A stretch of DNA of 64,000 bases from Minisyncoccota bacterium (GTDB taxonomy: Bacteria; Patescibacteriota; Minisyncoccia; JAHIHE01; JAGLIN01). A program made the translations under genes and the position numbers. Positions 9,644 through 18,909 of this stretch are shown here, in pieces; the first letter of the stretch is position 1, and each line of letters begins with the position of its first letter. The notes below the pieces were generated by a model. That model searched no databases, had not been told where the DNA came from, and was given only the letters and a program-made list of their open reading frames with translations. The DNA lies in contig JAQVBZ010000004.1 in assembly GCA_028690055.1 (NCBI GenBank), positions 1,855 through 65,854 on the forward strand, given 5' to 3'.

Positions 9644-10811
9644 TTGGCAAACAAAAAAACTTGAAGATGTCTGTAATATTGTTGGCGGAGGAACCCCTTC
9701 TAAAATCAACGAGAGCTTTTATACTGGAAAAATCCTCTGGGCGACTGTAAGAGATATGAAGTCTGACATAATTGAAGACACAGAATACAAAATAACTGAA
9801 GAGGCGATAAAAAATAGTTCAACTAATATTATTCCGAAAAATAATGTTATTATTGCCACACGAGTTGGATTGGGAAAGGTTTGTTTTTCTAAATATGATA
9901 TGGCGGTTAATCAAGACTTAAAAGGTATTATCCCTAGAGATACAAATAGATTGTCTGTGTGTTATTTGTATTGGTGGCTAAAAAGCACCTCAAATATTAT
10001 TGAAGAAAACGGAACTGGTGCAACAGTGCAAGGTGTAAAACTATCGTTTATAAAAAATCTGAGAATCCCCCTTCCTTCTCTCCTTGAGCAAAAACGGATT
10101 GTGAAGATTTTGGATGAGGTTTTTGAGGAGGTGGGGAAGGCGAAAGAAAATGCGGAGAAGAATTTGCGGAATTCTCGCGAGCTTTTTGAGTCGTATTTGC
10201 AGAGTGTTTTTGAGAATAAGGGAGAGGGGTGGGGGGAGAGGAGACTAGGAGACGTTTGCGGAACTGGTGCGGGTGGTACTCCTCTAAAATCTCATAAAGA
10301 ATATTATGAAAATGGCGAAGTCCCCTGGCTTAGAAGTGGTGAGGTAAATAAAAAAGAAGTGATGCGATCAAAAGTTTTTATCTCAGAAGCAGGATTGAAT
10401 AATTCTTCCGCAAGAATGTTTCCTATAAATACAGTATTGATTGCGATGTACGGAGCAACGGCTGGGCAGGTGGGAATTTTGAAATTTGCATCATCCACGA
10501 ATCAAGCAGTTTGCGGAATTTTACCCAACAAAAAATTTTCAGCAGATTTTCTTTATTATGTCTTTCTGTCTAAGAAAAAAGAATTAGTTTCACAAGCAGT
10601 TGGTGGGGCACAGCCGAACATTTCACAGATTAAGATAAAAGATACTTTTATTCCAGTCTTAGAATTATCTGAGCAAAAAGCTATCGTCAAAAAACTTGAT
10701 GCGCTTTCTGAGGAGACGAAGAAGTTGGAGGAGATTTATAAAAAGGAAATTGCCGATTTGGAGGAGTTGAAAAAGTCCGTTTTGCAGAAGGCATTTCGAG
10801 GGGAATTATAA
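9633..10811 (+). CDS. hsdS: Type I R-M specificity subunit, two TRDs
   Basis: Two GGTP-type TRDs, PLPSLLEQKRIV and LSEQKAIV conserved regions, AFRGEL end. Confidence 0.95.
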   Translation: MKNSWQTKKLEDVCNIVGGGTPSKINESFYTGKILWATVRDMKSDIIEDTEYKITEEAIKNSSTNIIPKNNVIIATRVGLGKVCFSKYDMAVNQDLKGIIPRDTNRLSVCYLYWWLKSTSNIIEENGTGATVQGVKLSFIKNLRIPLPSLLEQKRIVKILDEVFEEVGKAKENAEKNLRNSRELFESYLQSVFENKGEGWGERRLGDVCGTGAGGTPLKSHKEYYENGEVPWLRSGEVNKKEVMRSKVFISEAGLNNSSARMFPINTVLIAMYGATAGQVGILKFASSTNQAVCGILPNKKFSADFLYYVFLSKKKELVSQAVGGAQPNISQIKIKDTFIPVLELSEQKAIVKKLDALSEETKKLEEIYKKEIADLEELKKSVLQKAFRGEL

Positions 10812-10818
10812 AGTTTAG

Positions 10819-11079
10819 TTGTCATTCCGAGCTTGTCGAGGAATCGCTACACTACGATAAGGCTGCATAATACGGGTTGGATGGTGGTGAAGGGATCCTT
10901 CGACTCCGCTACGCTCCGCTCAGGATGACAAATCAAGGGGCTTTTAGAGAGAAAGGTAATTTTTGTTTGTCATTCCGAGCTTGTCGAGGAATCTCTTCAT
11001 TACGATAGGGCTGCATAATACGGATTGGGTGGTAGTGAAGGGATCCTTCGACTCCGTTACGCTCTGCTCAGGATGACAA
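10819..11079. repeat. Tandem pair of 109-bp GTCA-tagged REPINs
   Basis: GTCATTCCGAGCTTGTCGAGGAATC...CTTCGACTCCG..GCTCAGGATGAC at 10821-10929 and 10969-11077. Confidence 0.9.
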
Positions 11080-11100
11080 AAAAAGGAGATGGTGCGGCAT

Positions 11101-11237
11101 GGAGTAGTAGACTTTAGTCTGCGCGGCTGTCCTACGGGGGAGATAATAACGCATACGGCGCATTTATCGGCTTGGGATAGCAGCGCGGGTTAAAACCCGC
11201 TACTCCAAAACGCGCGCGGGTTGAAACCTGTTACTCC
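11101..11237. repeat. GGAGTAG-type REP doublet plus an extra half
   Basis: GGAGTAGTAGACTTTAGTCTGCGC...GCGCGGGTTAAAACCCGCTACTCC (11101-11206); third unit 11214-11237. Confidence 0.85.
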
Positions 11238-11326
11238 AAAACAAAATGTAGCGCGGGATGAATCACATTGCTCCTAGGTATGTGGATGTTATTTGCTTTT
11301 ATCTATGTTTTTGGTAAGATGAAGTT

Positions 11327-12346
11327 ATGAAGTTTACAAGAACAAAAAAACTCTTATTTACGAACAATAAAGGGGGTGTTGGGAAGACAACGCTTGCTTT
11401 TAATTGTGCAATGTCATTTGCAAAGCAAGGCTATAAAACGGTCTTGGTTGACCTGGATCCACAATGCAATCTTTCCCGCCTAGCGCTTGGAGAAGAAGAA
11501 TTTTCAAAAACTTTATTTTCAACTACTCACAAGGATATATCCGATGTGCTTCGAGGTGTGGTTGAGGGTGGGGGTGATGTTGATTTCGCGGTTCCTTTTA
11601 TACCAATTCTAAGAAGTAATTCGAATTTATTTCTTATGAAAGGGAGCGTCGAGCTTTCTCTTTACGAAAATTTGCTTGTGACCGCTTATGGACAAGCTGC
11701 TTCCGGGCAACAAATAGGATACTTTCAGACGAGTGCGATTGACAGATTTCTACGCGAAAGAGGACTGAGTGATGAAGTAGATATTTTTATAATTGATACG
11801 TCGCCTAGTTTGTCCCTGCTTAATCAGATAATATTTCTTGGTTCTGATTATTTTGTGGTGCCAATGATGCCTGATGCTTTTAGTGTGCAGGGAATAGAAA
11901 ACTTGGGGACAATATTTGAGAAATGGAAGACTAATTGGAAAAATACAGGCAAAGCCCTTTCGGGAGATACGGAAAATAAATTTATTTTGTCTGGAGAGGG
12001 ACTGTTTATTGGGTATATAGTGAATTCTTATAACGTATATGGCGGACAGCCCATCAAGGATCATCGGCATTGGATTGATGAAATTCCTGAAAAAGTAAAG
12101 AAATTTCTTTCTGAGAAACATTGTCGAAACGGTTTGGTTGAGAAAAGCTGGAAAGAGCCTATTTCTATTATCAAAGATTATGGAAGAATCCCTGCTATGT
12201 GCCAGGAGCTGGGTGTTGCTATATTTGATTTAGATCCGTCGCTTGTTGAAGATAATCAAATAGGTACAAAGGAAAATATTGAAAAATCGAAGGAGGAATT
12301 CGATAGCTTGTCGAATAGAATACTTAATGTATTGTCTGCTTATTAA
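11327..12346 (+). CDS. ParA/Soj-family ATPase, orphan (no parB)
   Basis: Deviant Walker A NNKGGVGKTT, DLDPQCNLS, IIDTSPSL. Confidence 0.85.
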   Translation: MKFTRTKKLLFTNNKGGVGKTTLAFNCAMSFAKQGYKTVLVDLDPQCNLSRLALGEEEFSKTLFSTTHKDISDVLRGVVEGGGDVDFAVPFIPILRSNSNLFLMKGSVELSLYENLLVTAYGQAASGQQIGYFQTSAIDRFLRERGLSDEVDIFIIDTSPSLSLLNQIIFLGSDYFVVPMMPDAFSVQGIENLGTIFEKWKTNWKNTGKALSGDTENKFILSGEGLFIGYIVNSYNVYGGQPIKDHRHWIDEIPEKVKKFLSEKHCRNGLVEKSWKEPISIIKDYGRIPAMCQELGVAIFDLDPSLVEDNQIGTKENIEKSKEEFDSLSNRILNVLSAY

Positions 12347-12368
12347 AGATTTTATCGCAGGTTTTGTT

Positions 12369-12394
12369 AAAACTCGTCTTTCGGGCGAGTTTTT
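12369..12394 (+). terminator. Intrinsic terminator after the ParA-like gene
   Basis: AAAACTCGTC..GGCGAGTTTTT hairpin. Confidence 0.7.
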
Positions 12395-12401
12395 AATACC
12401 T

Positions 12402-12537
12402 ATACCGAATTAATTTAATCTGTGGCATAATGATTTCACATTTAGTCCCCCTCACCCCGACCCTCTCCCGATGGGAGAGGGAGAAATCACAAATGCTTTA
12501 CGATTGGGTTGTAGGACAGATTCAGTTAATTCGGTAT
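12402..12537 (+). mobile_element. 136-bp MITE-like element carrying a CCCCTCACCCC REP, copy 1
   Basis: 22-bp imperfect TIR ATACCGAATTAATTTAATCTGT / ACAGATTCAGTTAATTCGGTAT; copies at 17650 and 38878. Confidence 0.85.
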
Positions 12538-12640
12538 TATTCTAATGTCTGGAAATAACGCAATCCTTATTCTAGAAAAAGCCCTCAGACTGGAATAACG
12601 AGGACTATGCTTTTTTAGATTTAATTAAAATCATAAAGTA

Positions 12641-14962
12641 ATGAAAACAGAAGCTGACACAAGAGCGGAATATATTGACCCCAAACTTCGCGAGAGCGGA
12701 TGGGGAGAGGTCGAGGGATCGAAAATTCTTCGGGAGTTTCGTTTGACGGAGGGGAAAATTTTGTTGGGGGGAGCAAGGGGAAAAGCAGAGATCGCCGATT
12801 ATGTTTTGGTTTATAGAAATCAGAAAGTGGCGGTGATTGAGGCGAAACGGGAAGAACTGGGCGCAACCGAAGGAGTAGCGCAGGCCAAGGCTTATGCGCA
12901 GAAACTCCAAATCGAATATACATACGCGACCAACGGCAAGGACATTTACGAGATGTCTATGAAGAGCGGGATGGAAGGGTATATTGAGAAATTTCCAAGC
13001 CCGGAAGAGCTTTGGAATAATATTCATAGCGATCATAACCAGTGGCAGGAGAAATTTACTTCTGTGCCATTTGAAATCGTGAACGGAAAGAGTGTAAGAT
13101 ATTATCAGGAGATTGCAGCCAGTCGCGCTTTGGAAGCGATTGCCTTTGAGAAGCAAAGAGTTCTTTTGACTTTGGCCACCGGAACCGGAAAAACTTTTAT
13201 TGCTTTTCAGATCGCTTGGAAGCTATTTCAAACGCGCTGGAATTTGAGACGAGATGGAAAGCGTCAGCCGCGCATCTTGTTTCTCGCCGACCGCAATATT
13301 TTGGCCGGTCAGGCCTTCAACGATTTCTCAGCTTTTCCTGAGGATGCGCTTATTCGCATCAGTCCGCAGGATATCCGAAAGAAGGGAAAAGTGCCGACAA
13401 ACGGAAGTGTGTTTTTTACGATTTTTCAGACATTTATGAGCGGGCCTAATAACACTCCTAGTTACGGAGAATATCCGCCGGATTTTTTTGATTTGATCAT
13501 CATCGACGAATGTCATCGAGGTGGCGCCAACGATGAGAGCAACTGGCGCGGGATTCTGGAATATTTTGCTCCGGCAGTCCAATTGGGGCTTACTGCTACG
13601 CCTAAGAGAAAAGACAATGTCGATACCTATCGCTATTTTGGCGAGCCGGTATATACTTATTCTTTGAAAGAAGGAATTAATGATGGTTTTTTGACACCGT
13701 TCAAAGTTAAAAGAGTAAAGACTACTTTGGATGATTATGTATATACTTCGGACGATGAGCTAATCGAGGGGGAAGTTGAGGAAGGGAAGATTTATGAAGA
13801 GGCGGACTTCAATCGTATTATTGAAATTAAAGAGCGTGAAGCAGAAAGAGTGCGGATTGTTTTAGACGAGATTAAAGAGAATGAGAAAACGATTATTTTT
13901 TGTGCCAATCAGGCGCACGCGCTGGCGGTGCGGGATTTGGTTAATCAGTTTAAGAAAAGTTCCGATCCGGATTATTGCGTGAGAGTTACGGCGAACGATG
14001 GCGCGCGCGGCGATCAATATTTGAAAACATTTCAGGATAATGAAAAAACCATCCCGACTATTTTAACCACCTCGCAAAAACTTTCCACCGGAGTCGATGC
14101 GCGCAATGTTCGCAATATTGTTTTGATGCGGCCCATTAATTCTATGATTGAGTTTAAACAAATTATCGGAAGAGGGACCAGACTTTTTGACGGGAAAGAA
14201 TATTTCACAATTCTGGATTTTGTAGATGCTTACCGGCTATTTGCGGACAAAGAATGGGATGGCGAGCCTATTGAGGAGATTGTTGAAGATGAGTCTATCG
14301 GGATTAAGAAGAAAATAGAAGAGTTTTTTCCTGAGCCTCTCTTGAAAGAGCCGGAAGAGCCGGAAGAGACCAAGAAAAAAATCAAGATTAAATTGCGGGA
14401 CGGAAAAGAGCGGGAAATTCAGCATATGATTTCCACGTCATTTTGGAGCGCGGATGGAAAGCCGATTTCAGCGGAAGAACTACTCCGAAGTATGTTTGGC
14501 AAACTTTCTGAATTTTTTACAAGCGAAGAGCAACTGCGCAGTATTTGGTCAAACCCAAAAACACGAAAGAATTTTCTCGCAAACATTTCCGATGCCGGAT
14601 ACGGAAAGACCGAGCTTGAGGCGCTGCAAAAGATGATAGATGCCGAAAATAGTGATATTTTCGACGTGCTTGCTTACATCGCTTTCGCAATACCGCCGAT
14701 TACTCGAGAGCAAAGAGCGGAGGATGCGAAAGAAAATATTTTTGATGATGCCGAGGAAGAGCAAAGAGATTTTCTGGATTTTGTGCTGCGAAAATATATC
14801 GAAAAGGGTGCGGAGGAACTGGGGGAAGAGAAACTTCCTAAATTATTGGGACTTAAGTATAATTCCATTTCCGATGCGGAACGGACTCTTGGAGGAGTGC
14901 AGGAGATTCGTGCAAGGTTCTTGGATTTGCAGAAAGATTTGTATGAGGTTATATCAAGATAA
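12641..14962 (+). CDS. hsdR: Type I R-M restriction subunit (EcoAI/EcoEI-like)
   Basis: ADYVL..IEAK nuclease, ATGTGKT, DECHR, GLTATP, QIIGRGTRL. Confidence 0.95.
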   Translation: MKTEADTRAEYIDPKLRESGWGEVEGSKILREFRLTEGKILLGGARGKAEIADYVLVYRNQKVAVIEAKREELGATEGVAQAKAYAQKLQIEYTYATNGKDIYEMSMKSGMEGYIEKFPSPEELWNNIHSDHNQWQEKFTSVPFEIVNGKSVRYYQEIAASRALEAIAFEKQRVLLTLATGTGKTFIAFQIAWKLFQTRWNLRRDGKRQPRILFLADRNILAGQAFNDFSAFPEDALIRISPQDIRKKGKVPTNGSVFFTIFQTFMSGPNNTPSYGEYPPDFFDLIIIDECHRGGANDESNWRGILEYFAPAVQLGLTATPKRKDNVDTYRYFGEPVYTYSLKEGINDGFLTPFKVKRVKTTLDDYVYTSDDELIEGEVEEGKIYEEADFNRIIEIKEREAERVRIVLDEIKENEKTIIFCANQAHALAVRDLVNQFKKSSDPDYCVRVTANDGARGDQYLKTFQDNEKTIPTILTTSQKLSTGVDARNVRNIVLMRPINSMIEFKQIIGRGTRLFDGKEYFTILDFVDAYRLFADKEWDGEPIEEIVEDESIGIKKKIEEFFPEPLLKEPEEPEETKKKIKIKLRDGKEREIQHMISTSFWSADGKPISAEELLRSMFGKLSEFFTSEEQLRSIWSNPKTRKNFLANISDAGYGKTELEALQKMIDAENSDIFDVLAYIAFAIPPITREQRAEDAKENIFDDAEEEQRDFLDFVLRKYIEKGAEELGEEKLPKLLGLKYNSISDAERTLGGVQEIRARFLDLQKDLYEVISR

Positions 14963-15008
14963 AAGATGAAACAATATCTCAATCGAACTATCCATATTGT
15001 CATAATCT

Positions 15009-15082
15009 GGAGTAGCGGGCTATAACTCGCGCGGTTGTCTCAAGGGCATCGGATAGCAGCGCAGACTGAAGTCTGCTACTCC
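15009..15082. repeat. GGAGTAG-type REP doublet
   Basis: GGAGTAGCGGGCTATAACTCGCGC...GCGCAGACTGAAGTCTGCTACTCC. Confidence 0.85.
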
Positions 15083-15181
15083 GAAATGCGATGCGGAATA
15101 AAGATGTGCGCTCTATGTGTCAAAAAGGAAAAAGATTTTGCAGAATTGAAAAATAAATCATAATAAAACAAAATTAAAACT

Positions 15182-15975
15182 ATGTCAGACACAATCAAAA
15201 AACATTCGCCTTTAAAAAACACTCCACTACGACAGGCGGGAGAATCTCTCAATGATAAACTTCAGGAAATCCTTTACGTAAAGATAATGTCTGTTATCAT
15301 CGCTATTTTTTTGTATTCTTTATGGCTGTTTATGATCTATTCAGACTTTATTTTAATATAGAACCTAGACCTTCGGTCTGGTTTTTGTCTGGCATCTTAT
15401 TAATTTTGTTTTATCGTAATAAATTACAAAATTATTGGCAGGAAGCGAAAAACACCGGGTTGGGAATGCGAGGAGAAAGAATTGTAAGCGAGATGCTATA
15501 TGGACTGAAAAAAGACGGATATGAGATATTTAATGACCTGATCAATGCGAAAGGTAATATTGATCATATCATTGTAGGCCCCGCCGGTGTGTTTACTGTT
15601 GAGACCAAGACCGCTAGTAAAGCTGGAGGTGATCAGAGGATTTCATATGATGGAGAAAATATTAGGATTGATGGGTGGATTCCGAGTAGAAATATTATAA
15701 AACAGGCCTTGGCAGAAAAATATTGGCTAGAAGACTTTATTGCGCAAAGAACTGAAAAGACAGTAACTATCAAAGTCACGCCTGTTGTTATTTACCCAGG
15801 GTGGTTTATTGACCCTTCCTGCCATAAAAGCACGGAGGTTATGATATTAAACGATGACGAGAAAGGATTGCCTGCTCAACTCCAAAAGATGGAAAGGACT
15901 CTTAGTGAAGAGCAGATAGATATTTTGTCTAAACATATCGGAGACCGTATACGAGAGTGTTATAAGGGATCTTAA
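15182..15975 (+). pseudogene. Membrane-anchored NERD-domain nuclease, frameshifted at a T7 run (intact 3' ORF 15322-15975)
   Basis: GE.IV, NIDHIIVGPAGVFTVETK NERD motif; upstream frame MSDTIKKHSPLKNTPLRQAGESL joins if T7 (15306-15312) is T8. Confidence 0.75.
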
Positions 15976-16168
15976 GTAAATCGTTCACATTGCGAGACTA
16001 GGCGTAAGTGCGTAGGTAGACGTTTCGCATTTAATGATTAAAAAAAATATAATGAACCTGATCTCTAGTTTTGAATGCAAATTTGAAAGGCTTCTTTTGA
16101 AGAAGTCTTTTCTTGTTCGTTGTATGTGCTAAGGCAACCATGGGGCGCGAAAAAATCTGTTTTCGGGA

Positions 16169-16396
16169 ATGTTTTCAAGTCCTATGATGTTTCTGTCTTT
16201 ATCGAGCCATACTTTTATAACATCGCCCGGTTCTAGTCCGACTCCGATTCCCAGAGGACAGCTGAGCGCGTTGCTGAATCCTACCTTATGTATAAAGAGT
16301 CTTTCGCCCTTTCTTATGATCCTTTGGATTATTATCTTTATCGGATTAGGGGCGTGGTTCCTCTTTGCTTTCTATGAATTGTTAGTAAATATATAA
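16169..16396 (+). CDS. Possible small membrane protein
   Basis: 75-aa ORF with a C-terminal hydrophobic segment; no recognised homology. Confidence 0.3.
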   Translation: MFSSPMMFLSLSSHTFITSPGSSPTPIPRGQLSALLNPTLCIKSLSPFLMILWIIIFIGLGAWFLFAFYELLVNI

Positions 16397-16617
16397 ATAG
16401 AAAAAATCCTTGTCAAACGGCGTATCGCGGGATTACTCGATGTAAAAGGCTTGCTAGAGTTTGTCCTTGTGTCAGGTAATATGGTTGATTTCGGCAATGT
16501 GTGGGGCAGTTGCCGAAATGGATGTAAGCCATTATACTTTTTATATATTGATTTGATAAAGAAGGTCCTGGAATATTGCGCCCTTACAGGAATAACATAA
16601 ATCTTAATCGTAAAAAT

Positions 16618-17358
16618 ATGCCTCTAAAATATGATTTGGATAAAATCAGGTTTGCCACCGATGCGGCGACTTTTGAGAAAGCGGTGGATTTGTGTGAGAA
16701 GGGTAAGGTGACGCGGTTCGAGAGAGGGCCGTATGGGTGTTCTGCGATTGTGTTGGGAACTCATCCGTATAAAGTTTATGTGGAAAACCAGCATTATGAT
16801 CAAGGGGGCTGCGAGTGTTATGTCGCACAGAAGAATATGCTCTGCAAACATATGGTGGCGGTAGCTATTTATGCCGTCAAAGGCGGTAAAAAATTGAGTC
16901 CGGAGGAGAAGATGGCGGCCGGTGGTCCGAAGTGTAGCGGCAAGTTGGGCGAATTGGACAATGAAGAGTTATCTCTCGTCAAACAGACCGTCACTTCGTC
17001 GATGAAATATATAAAGGCGTATGAAGGTCCGTCCAAGGTATGGTTCGCTTATCAGGATTCATTGCAAGAAGGATGCAACCGTTTAGCCAAAGTGGTGTCC
17101 GATTTGCCGGTAAGCAGACAGACTGCAAGTATCGTTGTCGATATGCTTTTACGTTTGGATAAGAAACTTTGCCAAGGCAGGGTGGATGATTCCGAGGGAA
17201 TAGTCGGTGCATTTATTGAAGATGCGGTCGGCGTTCTTGAGGAATATGTCAAACTTGATCCGTCTTGTGCGCAAGCTTTTGCCGCTTTGAGAGACTGGGA
17301 GACTTGTTTCGATTGGGAAAAGCGGCTTGTTGGACTTATTGAAAGTAAAGACGCATAG
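16618..17358 (+). CDS. SWIM zinc-finger protein
   Basis: CEC-x8-CKH motif (GGCECYVAQKNMLCKHMVAV), DDSEG motif. Confidence 0.8.
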   Translation: MPLKYDLDKIRFATDAATFEKAVDLCEKGKVTRFERGPYGCSAIVLGTHPYKVYVENQHYDQGGCECYVAQKNMLCKHMVAVAIYAVKGGKKLSPEEKMAAGGPKCSGKLGELDNEELSLVKQTVTSSMKYIKAYEGPSKVWFAYQDSLQEGCNRLAKVVSDLPVSRQTASIVVDMLLRLDKKLCQGRVDDSEGIVGAFIEDAVGVLEEYVKLDPSCAQAFAALRDWETCFDWEKRLVGLIESKDA

Positions 17359-17475
17359 AATTATCGTCTCGTAATTGCGGAGTCTAATGTTTTTTTCGGG
17401 GGGGGGCGAAGGGAGGAATACAAATGCAACGGAATGCAAAATGCATATAAAATGCCGAAGGGATTATCTATTGTT

Positions 17476-17580
17476 CCCCCTCACCTCGACCCTCTCCCGA
17501 TGGGCGAGGGAGAAGATACGAGTATTGGAGTTTGTATGCACTGTTGTTATAAAAAAGGGCACAAGATATTGTGCCCCTAC
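17476..17580. repeat. CCCCTCACC REP (17476-17514) and GTAG REP (17556-17580)
   Basis: CCCCCTCACCTCGACCCTCTCCCGATGGGCGAGGG; AGGGCACAAGATATTGTGCCCCTAC. Confidence 0.85.
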
Positions 17581-17649
17581 GGAATACAAAAGACGCAGGC
17601 GGTGTGTCTTTTTTTGGATGTTGGTTTTTTTGGATGTCATTAGGAAATT

Positions 17650-17785
17650 ATACCAAATCAACTTAATCTGTGACATAATGATTTCACTTTTGTTCCCCCT
17701 CACCCCAACCCTCTCCCGGTAGGAGAGGGAGAAATTCCAAATGCTGTATGACTGGATTATAGGACAGATTTAGTTAATTTGGTAT
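17650..17785 (+). mobile_element. 136-bp MITE-like element, copy 2
   Basis: Colinear with 12402-12537 and the same length. Confidence 0.85.
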
Positions 17786-18190
17786 TGGTTGGTCTGCCTG
17801 GGGAGTTTTGCCGGTAAATTTGCAGCCTGTTTCTGTGCAGATGGCGGAGGTGATATCTCCGGCGCGTGTTGGGGGTGGTGTGAATCGGATGGAGAAAGTG
17901 CCGTCCGGATCGCAGTCGCGAAGGACCGTGATGCTGTCGATTGCAGTGGCGGCGGGGTAGGTGTCGGATCCGCCGATGGCGCAGATTTCCTCGTCCGCGA
18001 CATCGTTCAGGCTTCCTCCGTCATAGCAGCACATCAGGGCGGCGGGAACGACGCTTGCGGTTGTTAGCTGAAAGGAGGCGTCATACGCTTTTCCTTGGGC
18101 GAAGAAGATGGAGGAGGCTATCACTATAACCATCTGAGAGGCGATTAAGACTTCGATAGGTATAAATCCTTTATCTTTTTGGATGTGCAT
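17774..18190 (-). CDS. Degenerate type IV pilin-like protein
   Basis: KGFIPIEVLI class III signal-like start, KAYDASF..VPAALMCC, C-terminal CTETGCKF; stop lies inside the MITE TIR. Confidence 0.6.
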   Translation of the reverse strand: MHIQKDKGFIPIEVLIASQMVIVIASSIFFAQGKAYDASFQLTTASVVPAALMCCYDGGSLNDVADEEICAIGGSDTYPAATAIDSITVLRDCDPDGTFSIRFTPPPTRAGDITSAICTETGCKFTGKTPQADQPIPN

Positions 18191-18353
18191 AATGGTCTTG
18201 ATTAGCGAGATTATAGTATCAAAGTAGCATAGAATATTAAAAATAGGAATATCGGGGTGTTTATAGGGAGTAGGGCTATTTTTACTTCTTTTTTTCAAAA
18301 GGCTAAGCAAAATGCGGATTCAGATGCGATGCACAATGATTGGGAATTATTTG

Positions 18354-18513
18354 CCCCCCCTCACCCCGACCCTCTCCCGGTAGGAGAGGGAGAAAGACAG
18401 ATGCGACAGACTGAATAATATACAAAATGCCAAGGAATTGTTTTTTTCTCCATGTGAAAGGATTATTTATTATTACCTCTTATCCCGATCCTTTCCCTGT
18501 AGGAGGGGGAGAA
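18354..18513. repeat. Two CCCCTCACCCC REPs (18354-18394 intact, 18476-18513 decayed)
   Basis: CCCCTCACCCCGACCCTCTCCCGGTAGGAGAGGGAGAA. Confidence 0.8.
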
Positions 18514-18616
18514 AAGCAAATATAAAATACCACCTCCTGATTCGACTCTTTCCAGCTGTCGCGATTACGCTTTGGGGTGGCGATGCTCGATGGGCTAGGG
18601 AAAAAGACTAAATACC

Positions 18617-18819
18617 TGTCGTACTGACATGATAGTTTTTTGGGTTGATTTTATTCCAGTATTATCCTTGCAAACGAGGATCCCGAAATGAGTTCAGGAT
18701 GACAATTCGGAAAACGAGGGCACAAAATATTGTGCCCCTACGGGGTAAATGCAAAATGCTAGATGAGGCATTTGCTCTATTCGAATTGGACAGCAGCGCA
18801 GACTGAAGTCTGCTACTCC
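18617..18819. repeat. Mixed REP cluster: decayed GTCA element (18617-18705), GTAG REP (18717-18741), GGAGTAG half (18788-18819)
   Basis: GATCCCGAAATGAGTTCAGGATGAC; AGGGCACAAAATATTGTGCCCCTAC; GCGCAGACTGAAGTCTGCTACTCC. Confidence 0.75.
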
Positions 18820-18909
18820 GTTTGGCAGAGAGGTATTAGATAAAGTGCAGGAAGGACAGTCCTTTTGATTCTGCAAGGACTATCATCATGTAAAAAAAAG
18901 AAGAGGCTT

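Noticed and set aside
10819-11079. Tandem repeats as a CRISPR array
   Set aside because: Only two 109-bp units with near-identical interiors; no unique spacers and no cas genes.
17375-17722. ORFs 17375, 17434 and 17464; also 3784-4095, 31298-31513, 39388-39582, 45559-45759, 46888-47139
   Set aside because: Translations of palindromic repeats with no protein motifs.
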